Assembly (NCBI RefSeq): GCF_018350175.1
Contig: NC_058382.1
Location: 55,678,001 to 55,742,000 of the forward strand
Length of the DNA: 64,000 nucleotides
DNA from: Felis catus
Lineage: Eukaryota
Direction of reading: 5' to 3'
How positions within the stretch are numbered: position 1 is the stretch's first letter; each line of letters begins with the position of its first letter. The position numbers and the translations under genes are program-made. Below the pieces are notes generated by a model, which saw only the letters and a program-made list of their open reading frames with translations, was not told the DNA's origin and made no database searches. Below, piece by piece: positions 1 to 12,212 of this stretch.

Positions 1-289
1 CAGAGTGTGCCTCCCTTTTGGAGATGAGCTGTCCCAGTGCAATATTTACAAGAAGTGCAAGGAAACAGACATGCAGGGTGCAGTGAGAGTGAATTCAGTT
101 GCTCTGGCCCACTTGGCACATGTCCTGGAAGTTGTCCCTGGGAGGTGACATTTGTGCTGGGCTTTAGGAGGCTAGGGGACAGCCTCAAGAGGATGGAAGT
201 AAGCCAGTGTGGCTGGAGTGCAGACAGAGTGGGGTGGGGAAGGCCCAGAGCTGAGAAGGCAGGTAGATCATCAGATAGAAATTCTTCCT

Positions 290-452
290 TAGGAATTCTC
301 AACTTTCAGTGAATTTCAGAATTGCCTGGAGAAGCTGCTTAAAAATGCAGAACCTCTGAAGGTTCTGATTCAGATGATCTGGGGTGGAGGTCTTCATTTT
401 AACAAGAATCTTGGGGTGGTTGACATAGCAGATTCATAGACACAGTGAGACC
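290..452 (+). mobile_element. MER5-like hAT-Charlie MITE, degenerate
   Basis: ttctcaacttt...cagaattgcctggagaagctgcttaaaaatgcaga...ttctgattcagatgatctggggtgg...cattttaacaag resembles the MER5A/B layout. Confidence 0.65.
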
Positions 453-516
453 ATGTTAAAGATATGTGTTCCTATCTTAATCTGTATTGAATTGGGGAAC
501 CACTGAAGAAGTTCTT

Positions 517-736
517 TAAAAAAAATTATTTTTAATGTTTATTTATTTTTGAGGAAAGAGAGACCGAACATGAGTGGGGAAGGGGCAGAGAGAGAGGGAG
601 ACACAAGAATCTGAAGCAGGCTCCAGGCTCTGAGCTGTCAGTACAGAGCCTGATGCAGGGCTCTGACTCATGGGCTGTGAGATCATGACCTGAGCTGAAG
701 TAGGACGCTTAACAGACTGAGCCCCCCAGGTCCACC
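517..736 (-). mobile_element. CanSINE (feliform SINEC_Fc type)
   Basis: Reverse-strand tRNA-derived head, (CT)n tract and A-rich tail; TSD aagaagttctt at 506-516 and 737-747. Confidence 0.97.
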
Positions 737-1426
737 AAGAAGTTCTTCGATATAATTGTGGCATAATTTCCATCTGGATCACCTCCACATTTTGAGATTC
801 TGTAGGTTTTAGCAATAGCTAAATAATAGTTATATAACCATCAGCCTGTCACAGTCAAGATACAGAATATTTACATCAGCCCCAAAGTACCCTTGTGCCC
901 TTTTTATAGTCAAGCCCTTCTTCCTCTCCCAGTCCCTGGCAGCCACTCATCAGTTTTTTTCCATAGACTTTGCCCTGAGTGTCATATGAATGGAATCATA
1001 CAGCTTGTAGCCTTTTGTGTCTGGCCTCTTTCACTTAGCATGATGCTTTTGCCATCAATCCATGTTATTGCACGTGTCATAGTGTATTTCTTTTTATTTA
1101 TCAATATGAAATTGTGTGTATCACAGTTTGTTTATCCATTCAACAGTTGATGGACATTTAGTTATTTGTAGTTTTTAGAAATTGTGAATACATCTGATAT
1201 AAACACTCTTATACAGGTATTTGTGTAGACATGTTTTTATTTCTCTTGCACAAATATCTAATAGTGGAATTGTTGTATCATATAGGAAGCACATGTTTAA
1301 TTTTTAAGAAATTGCCAAGCTGTCTTCCAAAGTGGCTTTGCATTCCCACTAGTGATGAGTGAGAAATGCTATTAGTTTATATCTTTATCAGCACATGGTA
1401 TTATCAGTTAAAAACATCTTTTGTAG

Positions 1427-1641
1427 TGGCACGCCTGGGTAGTCGGTTGAGCGTTGGATTTTGGCTCAGGTCATGATCTCACAGTACGTGGGTTTAGACC
1501 CATGTTGGGCTCTGTGCTGACAGCTCAGAGCCTGCAGCCTGCTTCAGATTCTGTGTCTACCTCTCTCTCTGCCCCTCCCCTGTTCACGTTCTGTCTCTGT
1601 CTCTCAAAAATAAACTTCAAAAAAAACTAAAAAAAAACCCC
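1427..1641 (+). mobile_element. CanSINE
   Basis: Head, ggtcatgatctc, (CT)n, A tail; TSD acatcttttgtag at 1414-1426 and 1642-1654. Confidence 0.97.
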
Positions 1642-2262
1642 ACATCTTTTGTAGCTATTTATTGTGATTTGAATTTGGAGTTTCCCAGTTGCTAATGACA
1701 TTGAGCATCTTTTCATGTATTTATTTATCACGAATTCATAGTTCTTCTTTGGTGAAGTGTTTGTTAATGCATTTTGACCGTTTCAAAAAGACTGTATTGT
1801 TTTATTCTTACTGAATTTTGAGAGTTCTTTAAGTATTCTAGCTACAAGTCCTTTATCAGTGGTATAGTTTGCAAATATTTCCTCCCAGTCTATGACTTAT
1901 CTCTTCATTTTATTAATAACATCTTTCAGAGAGCAGAAGTTTTAAACTTTATAAAGTCCAATTTATCATTTTTTTTTCTTTTATGGTTCATGGTTTTTTG
2001 TTTTATCTAAGAAATCTTTGCCTAACCCAAGGTTGTAGAAATTTTTCTTTTATGAGTTTTATGGTTTTGGGTTCTAAATTTAGGTCAATGATCCATTTAC
2101 ATTTACACCTATGATCTAACTTGAGGTGTGGTATGGGTCATGATTCTTACCAGTGTACCTTTATTAAAAAAATCAATTGACCACATATATTTGGGTCTAT
2201 TTTGGGAATGATGTTCTATTTCATTAACCCATATGCCCATATTTTCACCAGTGCCATAATGT

Positions 2263-2469
2263 CAGGGTTGGCCAACTATGGCCTATTGGCCAAATCTATG
2301 CTTCTACCTGTTTTTGTAAATAAAGTTTTATTAGAACACAGTCACAATCATATATTTATATATCCTCTATGGCTGCTTTTTCTCTATTGTAGTTGTGACA
2401 GAAACTATGTGGCCTGCAAAGCCTAAAATTTCTATGTGGCCTTTTACAGAAAATCTCTGTTAATCTCTG
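2263..2469 (-). mobile_element. MER58A hAT-Charlie MITE
   Basis: cagggttggccaactatggcc...gtttttgtaaataaagttttatt...ggcctgcaaagcctaaaat...tttacagaaaa; near-TSD ccataatg/ctataatg. Confidence 0.85.
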
Positions 2470-3276
2470 CTATAATGTCTTACTTACTCTAAATGTATAG
2501 TAATTCTGAAAATCAGGTAGTGTGAGTTATCCAACTTTGTTCTTTTTCCAAATTATTTTGGTTTTTCTACGTTCTTGCTTTTTCCTTTCATATAACTTTT
2601 ACAACTAACTTGCCAATTTTTAACAAAAACCTGGTGGGAATTTGATTAAGATTGCATTGAATCTTTAGATCAATTTGGAGAGAAATAAAAATAGGAAATC
2701 TTCTGTACTACACATAGTATATCTTTCCATTTATTATTATTATTTTTTATTTCTCTCATTAATGTTTTGTAGTGTTCAGGATACAAGTCTAATGCTTATT
2801 ATGTTAGCTTTCTCCCTAAGTATTTCATATTTTTGGTTGTTATTGAAAATGGTGCATTAAAAAATTCAATTTCCCAATTGTTCATTGCTGGTGTATAGAA
2901 ATACAATTGAGTTTTACACATTGATCTTGTTTCCTGTGACCTTGCTAAACTCACAAATACATGCTACTGGCATTTTTTGTAGATTCTTTGTGATTTTCTA
3001 CTTCATCATGACATGTATAAATAATTACAGTTTTTTTCCCAATATGTAGGCTTTTTATTTTTTATTTTTCCATATTGTACTGTCTAGGACATCAAATATA
3101 ATATTGAATGGAGTGGTAAGAGTGGACATCTTTGCCTTGTTCCTAATTTAGGGGGAAACTAAAGTGTTTTAAACAGGATCTGATATCATCTGATTTCAAT
3201 TTTATATAGCAGCAGCCAGGCTCATGTGATCGGTTCTTACCTTTTCAAAGGGATGATACTGTGCATGTATACAGCC

Positions 3277-3729
3277 TGTATCAGTTAACTTTCCTCATAA
3301 TAATGCTGTATAACAAATAACCACGATAGCTCAGTGGCATACACATCAATAGACATTTAGTTTTTGCTCCATATCTGTGGGTTAGTTGGAGCTTAGCTGC
3401 TCTAGGCTGAGTTAGGCTCCAGGCTGTGTGCTGGGTTAAGTTTATGCTACATGTTTCTCATCCTCCTTGGACTGTGTCTGCCAAGGGCAGGGTTTTCTCT
3501 TGTGTAGTGCAAGAGAGGAAGAGGGAAAGCCCTGCTGTGAAGTATGTTTCAAACCTCTGCTGATATTATGTCTTTTAACATCCCATTAGCCAAAGCAAGT
3601 CATATGACCAAGCCTTAGGTCAAGTGGAGAGATGCATTCTTTTCCCACTATCAGATTATGGTAGAGAGGTGGATGAATAATGTGATTCCAGGGTAGCAAA
3701 TAACTGGGGTCAGTAATTCCATCATCACA
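3277..3729 (-). mobile_element. MaLR solo LTR (MLT1H/I-like)
   Basis: tgtatcagtt...gctgtataacaaataaccac; cccattagccaaagcaagtcatatgaccaagcc; ends ...caca. Confidence 0.85.
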
Positions 3730-3771
3730 TCTCTTAAATGAGGGAACAGTCAAACTGCATGTGGTAGACAA

Positions 3772-3881
3772 CCTATGAGTACTTCAAGGGCTGGGAGACT
3801 GCCTTATGTCTCTTTGTATCCATTTGAATAGCATAAAATGCCTGCATCATCATAAGTGCTTAATACATTTTTGTTGAATGA
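3772..3881 (+). mobile_element. L2 3' end
   Basis: taagtgcttaatacatttttgttgaatgaa terminus. Confidence 0.7.
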
Positions 3882-4017
3882 ACGACTAGAATTTGTTAGT
3901 TGTTCACAAGCTAGCTTATTTTCTATTGCTGGTCAAGAGATTCTTGGTCCAACATTAACTTTACTTCTCATCTGTGTTTATACATCATTCTCAATGGGCT
4001 CCAGAAAACTACTTTTC

Positions 4018-4258
4018 TTTTTTTTTTATGTTTATTTATTTTGAGAGAGAGAGTGTGTGTGCAGGAGAGGGCCAGAGGGAGAGAGAGAAAAGTGGGGGGG
4101 GGGGGGAGAGAGAGAGAGAGAGAGAGAGAGACACCTAAGCAGGTTCTGTGCTGTCTGCACAGAGCCTGATGTGGGGCTCAATCCCACAAACTATGAGATC
4201 ATGACCTGAGCTGAAATCAAGAGTTGGACAGTTAACCGGCTGAACCGCTCAGGTGCCT
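4018..4258 (-). mobile_element. CanSINE
   Basis: TSD ccagaaaactacttttc at 4001-4017 and 4259-4275; (GA)n tract. Confidence 0.97.
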
Positions 4259-4369
4259 CCAGAAAACTACTTTTCAGTGACAGTAGAAAGGATAGGAAAA
4301 AATAACACCTTTGTGTCTGGGGAAAGGCTGTTCTCATTGGAAAATGCCTGGAAAGAGCCCGGAGAAAAT

Positions 4370-4580
4370 AGGGACACCTGGGTTTGTGTTCTGGTTCCAT
4401 TCGTTAGCTGTGTAATGGGAATCACTTTATGTAATTTTATCTGTAAAATGTAAAAATTCTTCATAAATACTTTGCTCTGCCCACCTAACAGGACTTTGTG
4501 ATGGTGTCTATGAAATATATGGATGCATCTATATGATACATGTGAAATGACAGCATATATGAAATCATAAAGAGCTGTAA
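4370..4580 (+). mobile_element. MIR fragment
   Basis: ctgggtttgtgttctggttcca...tagctgtgta...atctgtaaaatg core. Confidence 0.6.
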
Positions 4581-5255
4581 TTAGGAAAGGCTGCAAACTC
4601 TAGGGAATTGCTATTCTGATGCTAACTGGTGACAGAGTTGATGGGGAGACATTCTCAGCTCTGAGAACAGCAACGCTCTGAGGTTCTGATGGTTTAAAGG
4701 AGGAGCCTCAGAGCTTTCAATCCTCTTTTTATAAAATCACAGCCTTTCATTTCACCACCCCTTACTTAACAGGCGCCTTGGTTTCCCTTTCTCCTCAGGG
4801 AAACTTCCACCTCCCTTTCTATCCTCACGTCACCTTTCCTCGGTCCCCTTCTCACCCTCTGTGCTTTACCCACATGAGCTTCTTTCCTCAAATATGCCAC
4901 ATGCTCGGTCTCATCTCTCAGGCTGGGCATATGCTGCTGCTTCTGCCTGAAATATGCTCCCCCACCCCCAAGCATTGCTCAATCCCACTCACCTTTCAGA
5001 TCTCAGCTCTGCCAGCAAATGTTCCCTGTTCCCTGCATCTAAGTCAGTCACCCTTTTATGAGTGCCTACACATCCTGTGTAAACGTATTCTGTTTAATAC
5101 CACCCTTGTGCAGTACTGCTAAGTGCTGTTTGTCTATGAAATATGTTCTAAAGCCATTTATATAAATTATAAAATATTTCAATATGAAAAACCCATTACA
5201 TTACTGCCTGTGTGTGTGTGTCTGTGTTTCTTCTTCATCATGTCCTGCAACTTCC

Positions 5256-5273
5256 TTTTTAAAGTTTATTTAT

Positions 5274-5315
<42 letters not shown>

Positions 5316-5490
5316 TGTGCATGTACACACATGTTGGGGAGGGGCAGAGAAAGAGGGAGACAGAATTACAAGCAGGCTCTCCACTCAGCACAGAGCCCAA
5401 TGTAAGGCTCAGTCGCGCAACCATGATATCATGACCAAAGCATGATATCAGGAGTCAGATGCTCAACCACCTGAGCCACCCAGGTGCCCC
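5256..5490 (-). mobile_element. CanSINE
   Basis: tttatttattttgagagag...ctgagccacccaggtgcccc; partial TSD tgtcctgc. Confidence 0.95.
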
Positions 5491-6250
5491 TATTGTGTCC
5501 TGCGTCTTAATGTCTTTCTTTCAGCCCCTGAGAGCTGGGGCTGGGCAGACTCGTCTATATACCCTTGACCAGTGAATATCAGTGTATGATTTTGGAGTGT
5601 TCTCCTCCGTTGAGCACCTGCAGTATGGTCCTGAAGTGAGTGTGTTTGGCAACATATGCTATTTCCTCTGCAAGAGGCTTTCTTCCTGCCGTGTATACTT
5701 TGAGTCCTGGAAAACAGTTCTGACTCCAGTGACTGAGGCCAAGTATGACAGTGATGATGCTGCACTTGGTCCAGATAACCCAAGGAAGAGTATTTCATTG
5801 GAGGCATTGACAATACCTGGAGTTCATGATAAGGTAAACAGAGGGCAGAGACCCAGAAGATGCTGTGGGAAGGCAGAAAGGCCTGTGACATTATGGTGTC
5901 ATGGTAAAAACTTGGGAGGATTGTCTAATGATAGCTTGAGAGCAGCCGTTGGAAGAAATTATGGGTGGGTGGCAAGTCATAATGTAGAAAATTTGAAGAC
6001 CACTTGCCATGTACAATGACAGGCCACACATCCAAATAAACTTCGGTATAAGGACTCAAGATGGTGCCAATGTAGGGGCCACTTCCATTTCAGGAATATA
6101 TTCCTCCATGCTAAATGGATACCAGTGTGCATCTATAATGGCACCGAGTGCATTGTAAAGAATCAGTTCTTTGTTTACTCTTCTCACTCCCTCTTATCAC
6201 TGGATTATAAGCTCTGTGTGGGCAAACCTCTTGTCTGTTTTATTTACCAC

Positions 6251-6710
6251 TGCAGTGAATACTGTGGTCTACCATCTATTTCCCCCTTCAAGAATTAAGT
6301 ATTCATTTCCTGGCTACTGATGTGTTTGTTGCCTTCTGATGGCTCACGGCAGAGCTCTCCCCTCGGCATTGCCCTGCTATAGAGAACTGCTTTGCTCTAG
6401 ATTATGCCCCTTCTCTGCGACCAGCCGATGTTCAATGAGTTTTAGACTGTGGTGGTGGTGGTGGTGGTGGGGGAGAGGTATACAAAGGCCTGCTTGCCTT
6501 GCCTCAATCTAAGACAACTCTGAAGGACCTGCCAGTCCTACAGCTCCCATGTGATTGACTAAGGTCATTCTGGAACTGCATCATGGTGCAAGTTCTGTGT
6601 CTAATCTAGCTCCTTCTACTCCCTCATAGGGGTTGTTCCTGAGGGTGCTCCCTAATAAGCTTCCTGAATGCAATTCTTTGTCTCAGAATCTATTTCCCAG
6701 GAAATCCCCC
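6251..6710 (+). mobile_element. ERVL solo LTR (LTR16C-like)
   Basis: tgcagtgaatactgtgg...ccccttcaag...gatggctcacggcagag...acaactctgaagg...ctcagaatctatttcccaggaa matches recalled LTR16C order. Confidence 0.8.
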
Positions 6711-7724
6711 AGTGCTTGACTCCTTTCCAGCCTTGCACGGACAGTAGATAGATCCTCCGTTTCATACATGATAAAGTGGAGGTTTGGTGCACTTCAGTGA
6801 CTTTCCAAAGACCAGCCAGGTGCTACATGCTGAATTGGGAAAACACTTATTACAAAGAGTTGATGTCTTAAATGAGAATGTATGTAAGTAACCATAAAGG
6901 CTAAGTTCTTATTAAATGCTAGTGTTCTTTTTCTAAAGGGTTAGGGCTAGCCCTGCAGAGCTGGAGGAAAAAGGAAGGCAGTGTACAGAGAATCATGGTT
7001 TGTACTACCCTGTGATGAAACACACTAGGGGACTGGTTTCTATCCTTGCCCCAACTCGAAGATTCAGCCTCTTTATCCCTACTTACCTGGTCTATCTCCT
7101 TTTCAATAGCCTAACTTCATAGAAAGGACCCTTCTTTGCAATCATAGTTGGTATAAGGAGACATTAGCCTATAAATTAACTACTCCATAAAGACTCCTAT
7201 TTCCATGTACTAGGATTCTTTTTGCTGTTGTTGTTAGAAAACATTTTGACCACACACTGAGCTGATTATCACTGTAATTATACTATAATCCCATCTGAGG
7301 AAACTATCTAGAAAATTAACTGATGACTGTTCACCTACCCACAGGGAAGAGACTCACATTAGTCAAATCAGAACAAAGGAACAGTAGCCTCATTCACAAA
7401 GAGGGATTCTCCTTCTACCACACAGCTTTTTCTGTGGGTATATAGTGTGATTGTAGGGTCTAGAAGCATCCACCTAATATACACAAGGAATGTTTGCAAA
7501 TTGATAACAAATGGCTAGTCATTTTCTCCAGAGATTTTTGGTGTAGGTGGTTTATGAGTTATTTCTCTTTTGGCATTTTGGATATAAGGGCAAAAAAAAA
7601 AAAAAGATATTAGGATGATAAGGACTTAAAGGCAACACATTATTCACTTAATGTTAACTTATAAATTCAAGGGATCTGAGTTTGGGGACCATTGTGTTGT
7701 GTCATCCTGGAAAATCTTTTGAAT

Positions 7725-8107
7725 TCATCAGATTAGGCTAGGCTATGCTGTAGTAACAAACATACCACTCAAATTGGGTCATACGAGGCTATGATGTGGT
7801 AACAAGCCCCTCAAATATCCATGGGTTTATAGTCACTTACAGGAAGTACTGTGCTTGTCTAAGTTCTCTTCATACTAGTTCTCTTTCAATTTATGATTCA
7901 GGGGTCCAAGTGGTTCTGTCCTAGGGCTCTTTTTTCTTGACATGTGGATGCTCGCATCACTGCACCAGGGGAAAAGGAAGCTGGGAGAACCTCCATCCAT
8001 TCTTTTAAGCTTTGACCCTGAAGGGATACATGTTTTTTTCTGCTCACAACCCATTGGCCAGAACTAATTTCATGGCCTTGCCTGCTGAAAGGAGGCTGGG
8101 AAATGTC
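7725..8107 (-). mobile_element. MaLR solo LTR (MLT1K/L-like)
   Basis: taggctatgctgtagtaacaaac (locally duplicated) ... cccattggccagaactaatttcatggcc...ggaggctgggaaatgt. Confidence 0.75.
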
Positions 8108-8159
8108 GGGCCATAACTAGGTCTCAGTTTTTCTATCTGCAAACTAATTAATCTATTAA

Positions 8160-8520
8160 ATAATGAATGCTTTAAAGAAATAGTACATGCCTTTTCGGTT
8201 TAGTCATTGTGCTAAACTCTGGCTGATGTGGTGGGCAAGATGCACATAATCTCTGCCTTCACAGAACCTCTGTTTTGAGGGGAGGTCAGATGTGCAAGCA
8301 CTGACAATAAAGTGCAGTGATGCCCCAGCAGGGGAAACTGAGGGTACAATAGTAGTTTACTGCTCCAAGTACCATATCTGGATTAAGGATAGTGTCTTCT
8401 GGAGGAAGTGTTATCTTAGCTGAAATCTGAAGGACAACTGAATGTTAACCAGCAAGTGGAATCTTCAAAGCAGAACAATTGCCTTTGTGAAGGCCTGAAA
8501 AATGGGAGAATATCTTCCCA
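8160..8520 (-). mobile_element. L2 fragment
   Basis: cttctggaggaagtg...agctgaaatctgaagga...tgtgaaggcctga. Confidence 0.65.
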
Positions 8521-10396
8521 GGGTGTTGGGAAGTTTCCATGATATAATATATGTTTAAAGTATTTTGCAAACCTTTAAGTATTATATGTGCTTGGAAGGG
8601 TTACTTACTAATTAGCGCTTTGAGCAGAAATGTCAGTATAATGGCTACCACCGGACAGAATCAGCCTTGTGGATGTAGAAGAAATGGCAGTCATGGGTTG
8701 AACCCAGGCATTCAGACTCATGAGCCCAAGTTCTTAAGTACAAAGCAACATTACCCGTTTAGAAAGCAAGTTCATATGCAAGTATAAAACATATTATTGT
8801 AGGGATAACCGTTAACTTGATCCAACTTATACTTTTATAGAAGAGTAGATGATATACAGCTTCTGATAATTCATTTTTAGTAGCAGATTGCTATGTTTTG
8901 ATTATTTATGAATCAGGCTGAAAGCAATGAGGAGGGGAACTGCAGTGAAATCTAGAAGACTAGACTGGACCACCTGTCTATTTGTCCATAGCCAAGCCAG
9001 GGACAGGGGAGTATTTTCTTTAGGCCTAGTGCATCATGTCTCCTATGTCCAGAAATCATCCCTATTTCTATCAGATCCTGTCATGCATCTGCCAGTTCAT
9101 AGGTGAAACAAACTTCCCTGCTGCCCTCCTGCCCCAACCCATTTGAGGACCTCAGGGAAGTAGCAGCCAAGGGGTGAAGAAGGTAGAAAGTAGGAAGGAA
9201 TGGATGAAGAAAAGTCTTTTGTACCAAGGATAAATTGGTTCTCTTTGAAAAACCCTGGCCTGTCAATTTTCTGCTCCTCCCAACTCATTTTGCCTCCATT
9301 GTTATGCGGGGACTAAAATATTCATTTCATGAGGAAATTGTCAAACTTTAGTGCTTTGAGATAATTGATGCATTTCATCAGCTCACCAAATTGAGAGAAC
9401 GACTCAACAGAGGTCTGCCATCAGGCAGTCTCAGCCGAGAATTCTTTCATCAGAGTCACGCGAAGATCTTCCTTGGAGATGCGGGTAAATGGCCCAGTAA
9501 TCGGGAGACATTGGAGAAAGCACACTCCCAGAACAAGACAGGGAACAAAGGGCTTTCTTGGCCAGGAAACGCTCTCACAGGGGACTTGTTGGTCCCAGAC
9601 TCTGCCTCTGATTGGAAATGTAATCACTTGGCTGTGTTTAGCTGTGTCCAGTAAGGGGCCATTGGCGGCAATGCTCCACTAACTAGAAATCTCTTCTGCA
9701 ATCAAATTAAACACGGCCACAGCTTCCTTGTGATTCATGCCGGTTATTCCAGAGACATTTTATTGCAGAAATGCTTTTTAAACATTAATTATGCTGCACA
9801 TAATATGACCCAGATAAAATATGGGCGTATTATGACTTGTCTGTGGCTTCGGGGTGTGCTGTTTAATCCCTGGCAAGGGCTTTTAGGAAGAAGATGGGTC
9901 AGACCTTTTGTTTTGGATTTTCATTCCTGGGGCATTCTAGGTCTGCTCTCCAAATGTGGCTGCAAAAAGATTTGGGTTTTTATTGTTCACCCTGAATTAG
10001 CCTTGTCCTTTTCCCACACTCCCAAGTCTCTAGGAGGGACCACCAAGAGCCCTCAAATTTCCTAGGAAGACCCGGAGATTGACTTGGGAACCTATGCTTT
10101 AACAACCCTCTGCCTATGCCGGGCACAGCCATCCTGTCTCCTGAAATGTTGACACTGGTGCTCTCTGATTGGCTGCTGCCTGTGCTTCACCGTTTGTTAA
10201 ATATTGTCAATACCACACCTGGAGGTATGCATCATCCTCATTTCTCACGTACAGAAACTGAAGCTCTGAAAACATATGTTACTTGGCCAATATTTCACTG
10301 TTATAAGCAGCAGAGCTGGATTTCTTTTTGTCCATTTCTTTTTGTCTCTGTGATGTTTCCCCAGTGTTTTTCAAACTTCTATCTAAAGCACTGGAT

Positions 10397-10595
10397 GGGG
10401 CGCCTGGGTGGTCAGTCGGTTAAGCATCCAACTTTGGCTCAGGTCATGATCTTATGGTTTGTGAGTTTGAGCCCCACGTCGGGCTCTGTGCTGACAGCTC
10501 GGAGCCTGGAGCCTGCTTCAGCTTCTGTGTCTCCTTCTCTCTCTGCCCCTCCCCAACTTGTGCTTTGTCTGTCAAAAAAAAAAAAAATAAAAAAA
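10397..10595 (+). mobile_element. CanSINE
   Basis: ggggcgcctgggtgg head; TSD taaagcactgga at 10384-10395 and 10596-10607. Confidence 0.97.
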
Positions 10596-10639
10596 TAAAG
10601 CACTGGAAATCTTTCTTTAAAAGCAATCTTTTTTCTTTT

Positions 10640-10705
10640 TTTAAGTTTTTATTTAAGTTCCAGTTAGTTAACATACAGTGTAGTGTCAGTTTCAGGTGTA
10701 TAATC
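10640..10705 (-). mobile_element. Very short carnivore L1 3' terminus
   Basis: tttatttaagttccagttagttaacatacagtgtagtgtcagtttcaggtgta. Confidence 0.7.
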
Positions 10706-11039
10706 TTACGTGAAAGTTTGGAGATGAAATGAATGTAGATGGAGCTGCCCAGGATGAAGCGCGGGGTGGGGGTGCAGAGCCTTGCAGGCAGTGCCCCTTG
10801 CCATCATTTGCTCTGGTTTTTCCCAGGTGCTTGTCTGGAACCTCTGAATGTAAAGATGACTGTCCTCTCTCCTGGAGGGCCGGGAGACAAATGAGTCCGT
10901 CTCCTGCTGGTTGTTTGTGGAGCCCATCCTTGGTCCCAGCACTCCCTTATGTTCAGAGGAAATAGCTGTGGCCCAAATTGATAACACTCCCTGCTCCTTG
11001 GAGCTTGCCTTTTCCCTGAGCAAATGGAGACAAAAACAA

Positions 11040-11420
11040 AGTGAGTGAAAACAGTGTACTCTACATTAGATGGCATAAGCACTGTGGACTTAAAGCCAAA
11101 CAGGACTGGGAGATGAGGCCTTTGGGAGTGTCAGTGGAACAGTTTTCAACAAGATGACCAGTAAAGGCCACATTGGAAAGATGACATTTGAGCGAAGGGG
11201 GTAGGCTATCTGGGAAGGGCAGTACCCAGCTGTGGGACGAGCAAGGGGGGTGGCCAGTGAGGTGAGGTGTTGAGGAAGGAGCCAAGAGGCCTGAATCCCA
11301 GTGGGATGGGGAGCAGAGTGGGAGGGCAGGCAAGCGAGGTAGCAGGGCAGGTGTGAAAGACCGTGTGGGCCGTTGAGGGTCCCAAGTGAGGTAAGGAGCC
11401 ATTGGAGAGTTTGGACTTGG
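11040..11420 (-). mobile_element. L2 fragment
   Basis: gatgacatttgagc...tatctgggaagggcagtaccc...ggagccattggagagttt. Confidence 0.7.
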
Positions 11421-11606
11421 AAGGAGGCCCAATGTGGCTCACATCTCACAGGGTGTTCCCTTATCTGTGTGGAGGACAGGCTGAAGTTGGTATAGAATGG
11501 GTCCTGGCAAAAGTCAGACTTCCCTTGAGGATGTCTTGGGGGCATGTAGCCCCTTATGTCAGACCCCTTTCGACATCCCTGCTATCCTTGGAGCCTACCT
11601 CAGTTT

Positions 11607-12045
11607 TTTTTTTTAATATGAAATTTATTGTCAAATTGGTTTCCATACAACACCCAGTGCTCATCCCAACATGTGCCCTCCTCAATGCCCATCACCCACT
11701 TTCCCCTCCCTCCCACCCCCCATCAACCCTCAGTTTATTCTCAGTTTTTAAGAGTCTCTTATGGTTTGCCTCCTTCCCTCGCTATACCTTTTTTTTTCCC
11801 TTCCCCTCTCTCATGGTCTTCTGTTAAGTTTCTTAGGATCCACATAAGAGTGAAAACATATGGTATCTGTCTTTCTCTGTATGACTTATTTCACTTAGCA
11901 TAACACTCTCCAGTTTCATCCACGTTGCTACTAAAGGCCATATTTCATTCTTTCTCATTGCCACGTAGTACTCCATTGTGTATATAAACCACAATTTCTT
12001 TATCCATTCATCAGTTGATGGACATATAGGCTCTTTCCATAATTT
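11607..12045 (-). mobile_element. 5'-truncated felid L1 (3' UTR)
   Basis: Poly-T then aatatgaaatttattgtcaaattggtttccatacaacacccagtgctcatcc; TSD ga(g/a)cctacctcagttt at 11591-11606 and 12046-12061. Confidence 0.95.
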
Positions 12046-12098
12046 GAACCTACCTCAGTTTGAAACTGAATGTGAGGTTGAAGGGAAAAATGAAAGTG

Positions 12099-12100
<2 letters not shown>

Positions 12101-12149
<49 letters not shown>

Positions 12150-12212
12150 ACACACACTCATGAATGAATGTATGAGAGTATGAGTGTGCGAGTGTGTATG
12201 TGTGTGAGTGTG
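12101..12212. repeat. (TG)21 microsatellite with degenerate TG/CA extension
   Basis: Read directly. Confidence 0.95.

Larger units (their letters stand above)
750..3160 (-). mobile_element. Old L1 (L1M class) 3' UTR plus ORF2 3' part, interrupted by a SINE and MER58A
   Basis: Typical antisense L1 text: catatgaatggaatcatacag, ctttcacttagcatgatg, ttccaaagtggct, gagtggacatctttgccttgttcct. Confidence 0.9.

Noticed and set aside
7081..7170. Perfect minus-strand donor CAG|gtaagt
   Set aside because: The candidate exon to the nearest plausible acceptor has stops in all three frames and a weak pyrimidine tract.
12101..12212. TG/CA fold-back as a pre-miRNA hairpin (also 22049-22112)
   Set aside because: Pairing comes only from simple dinucleotide repeats.
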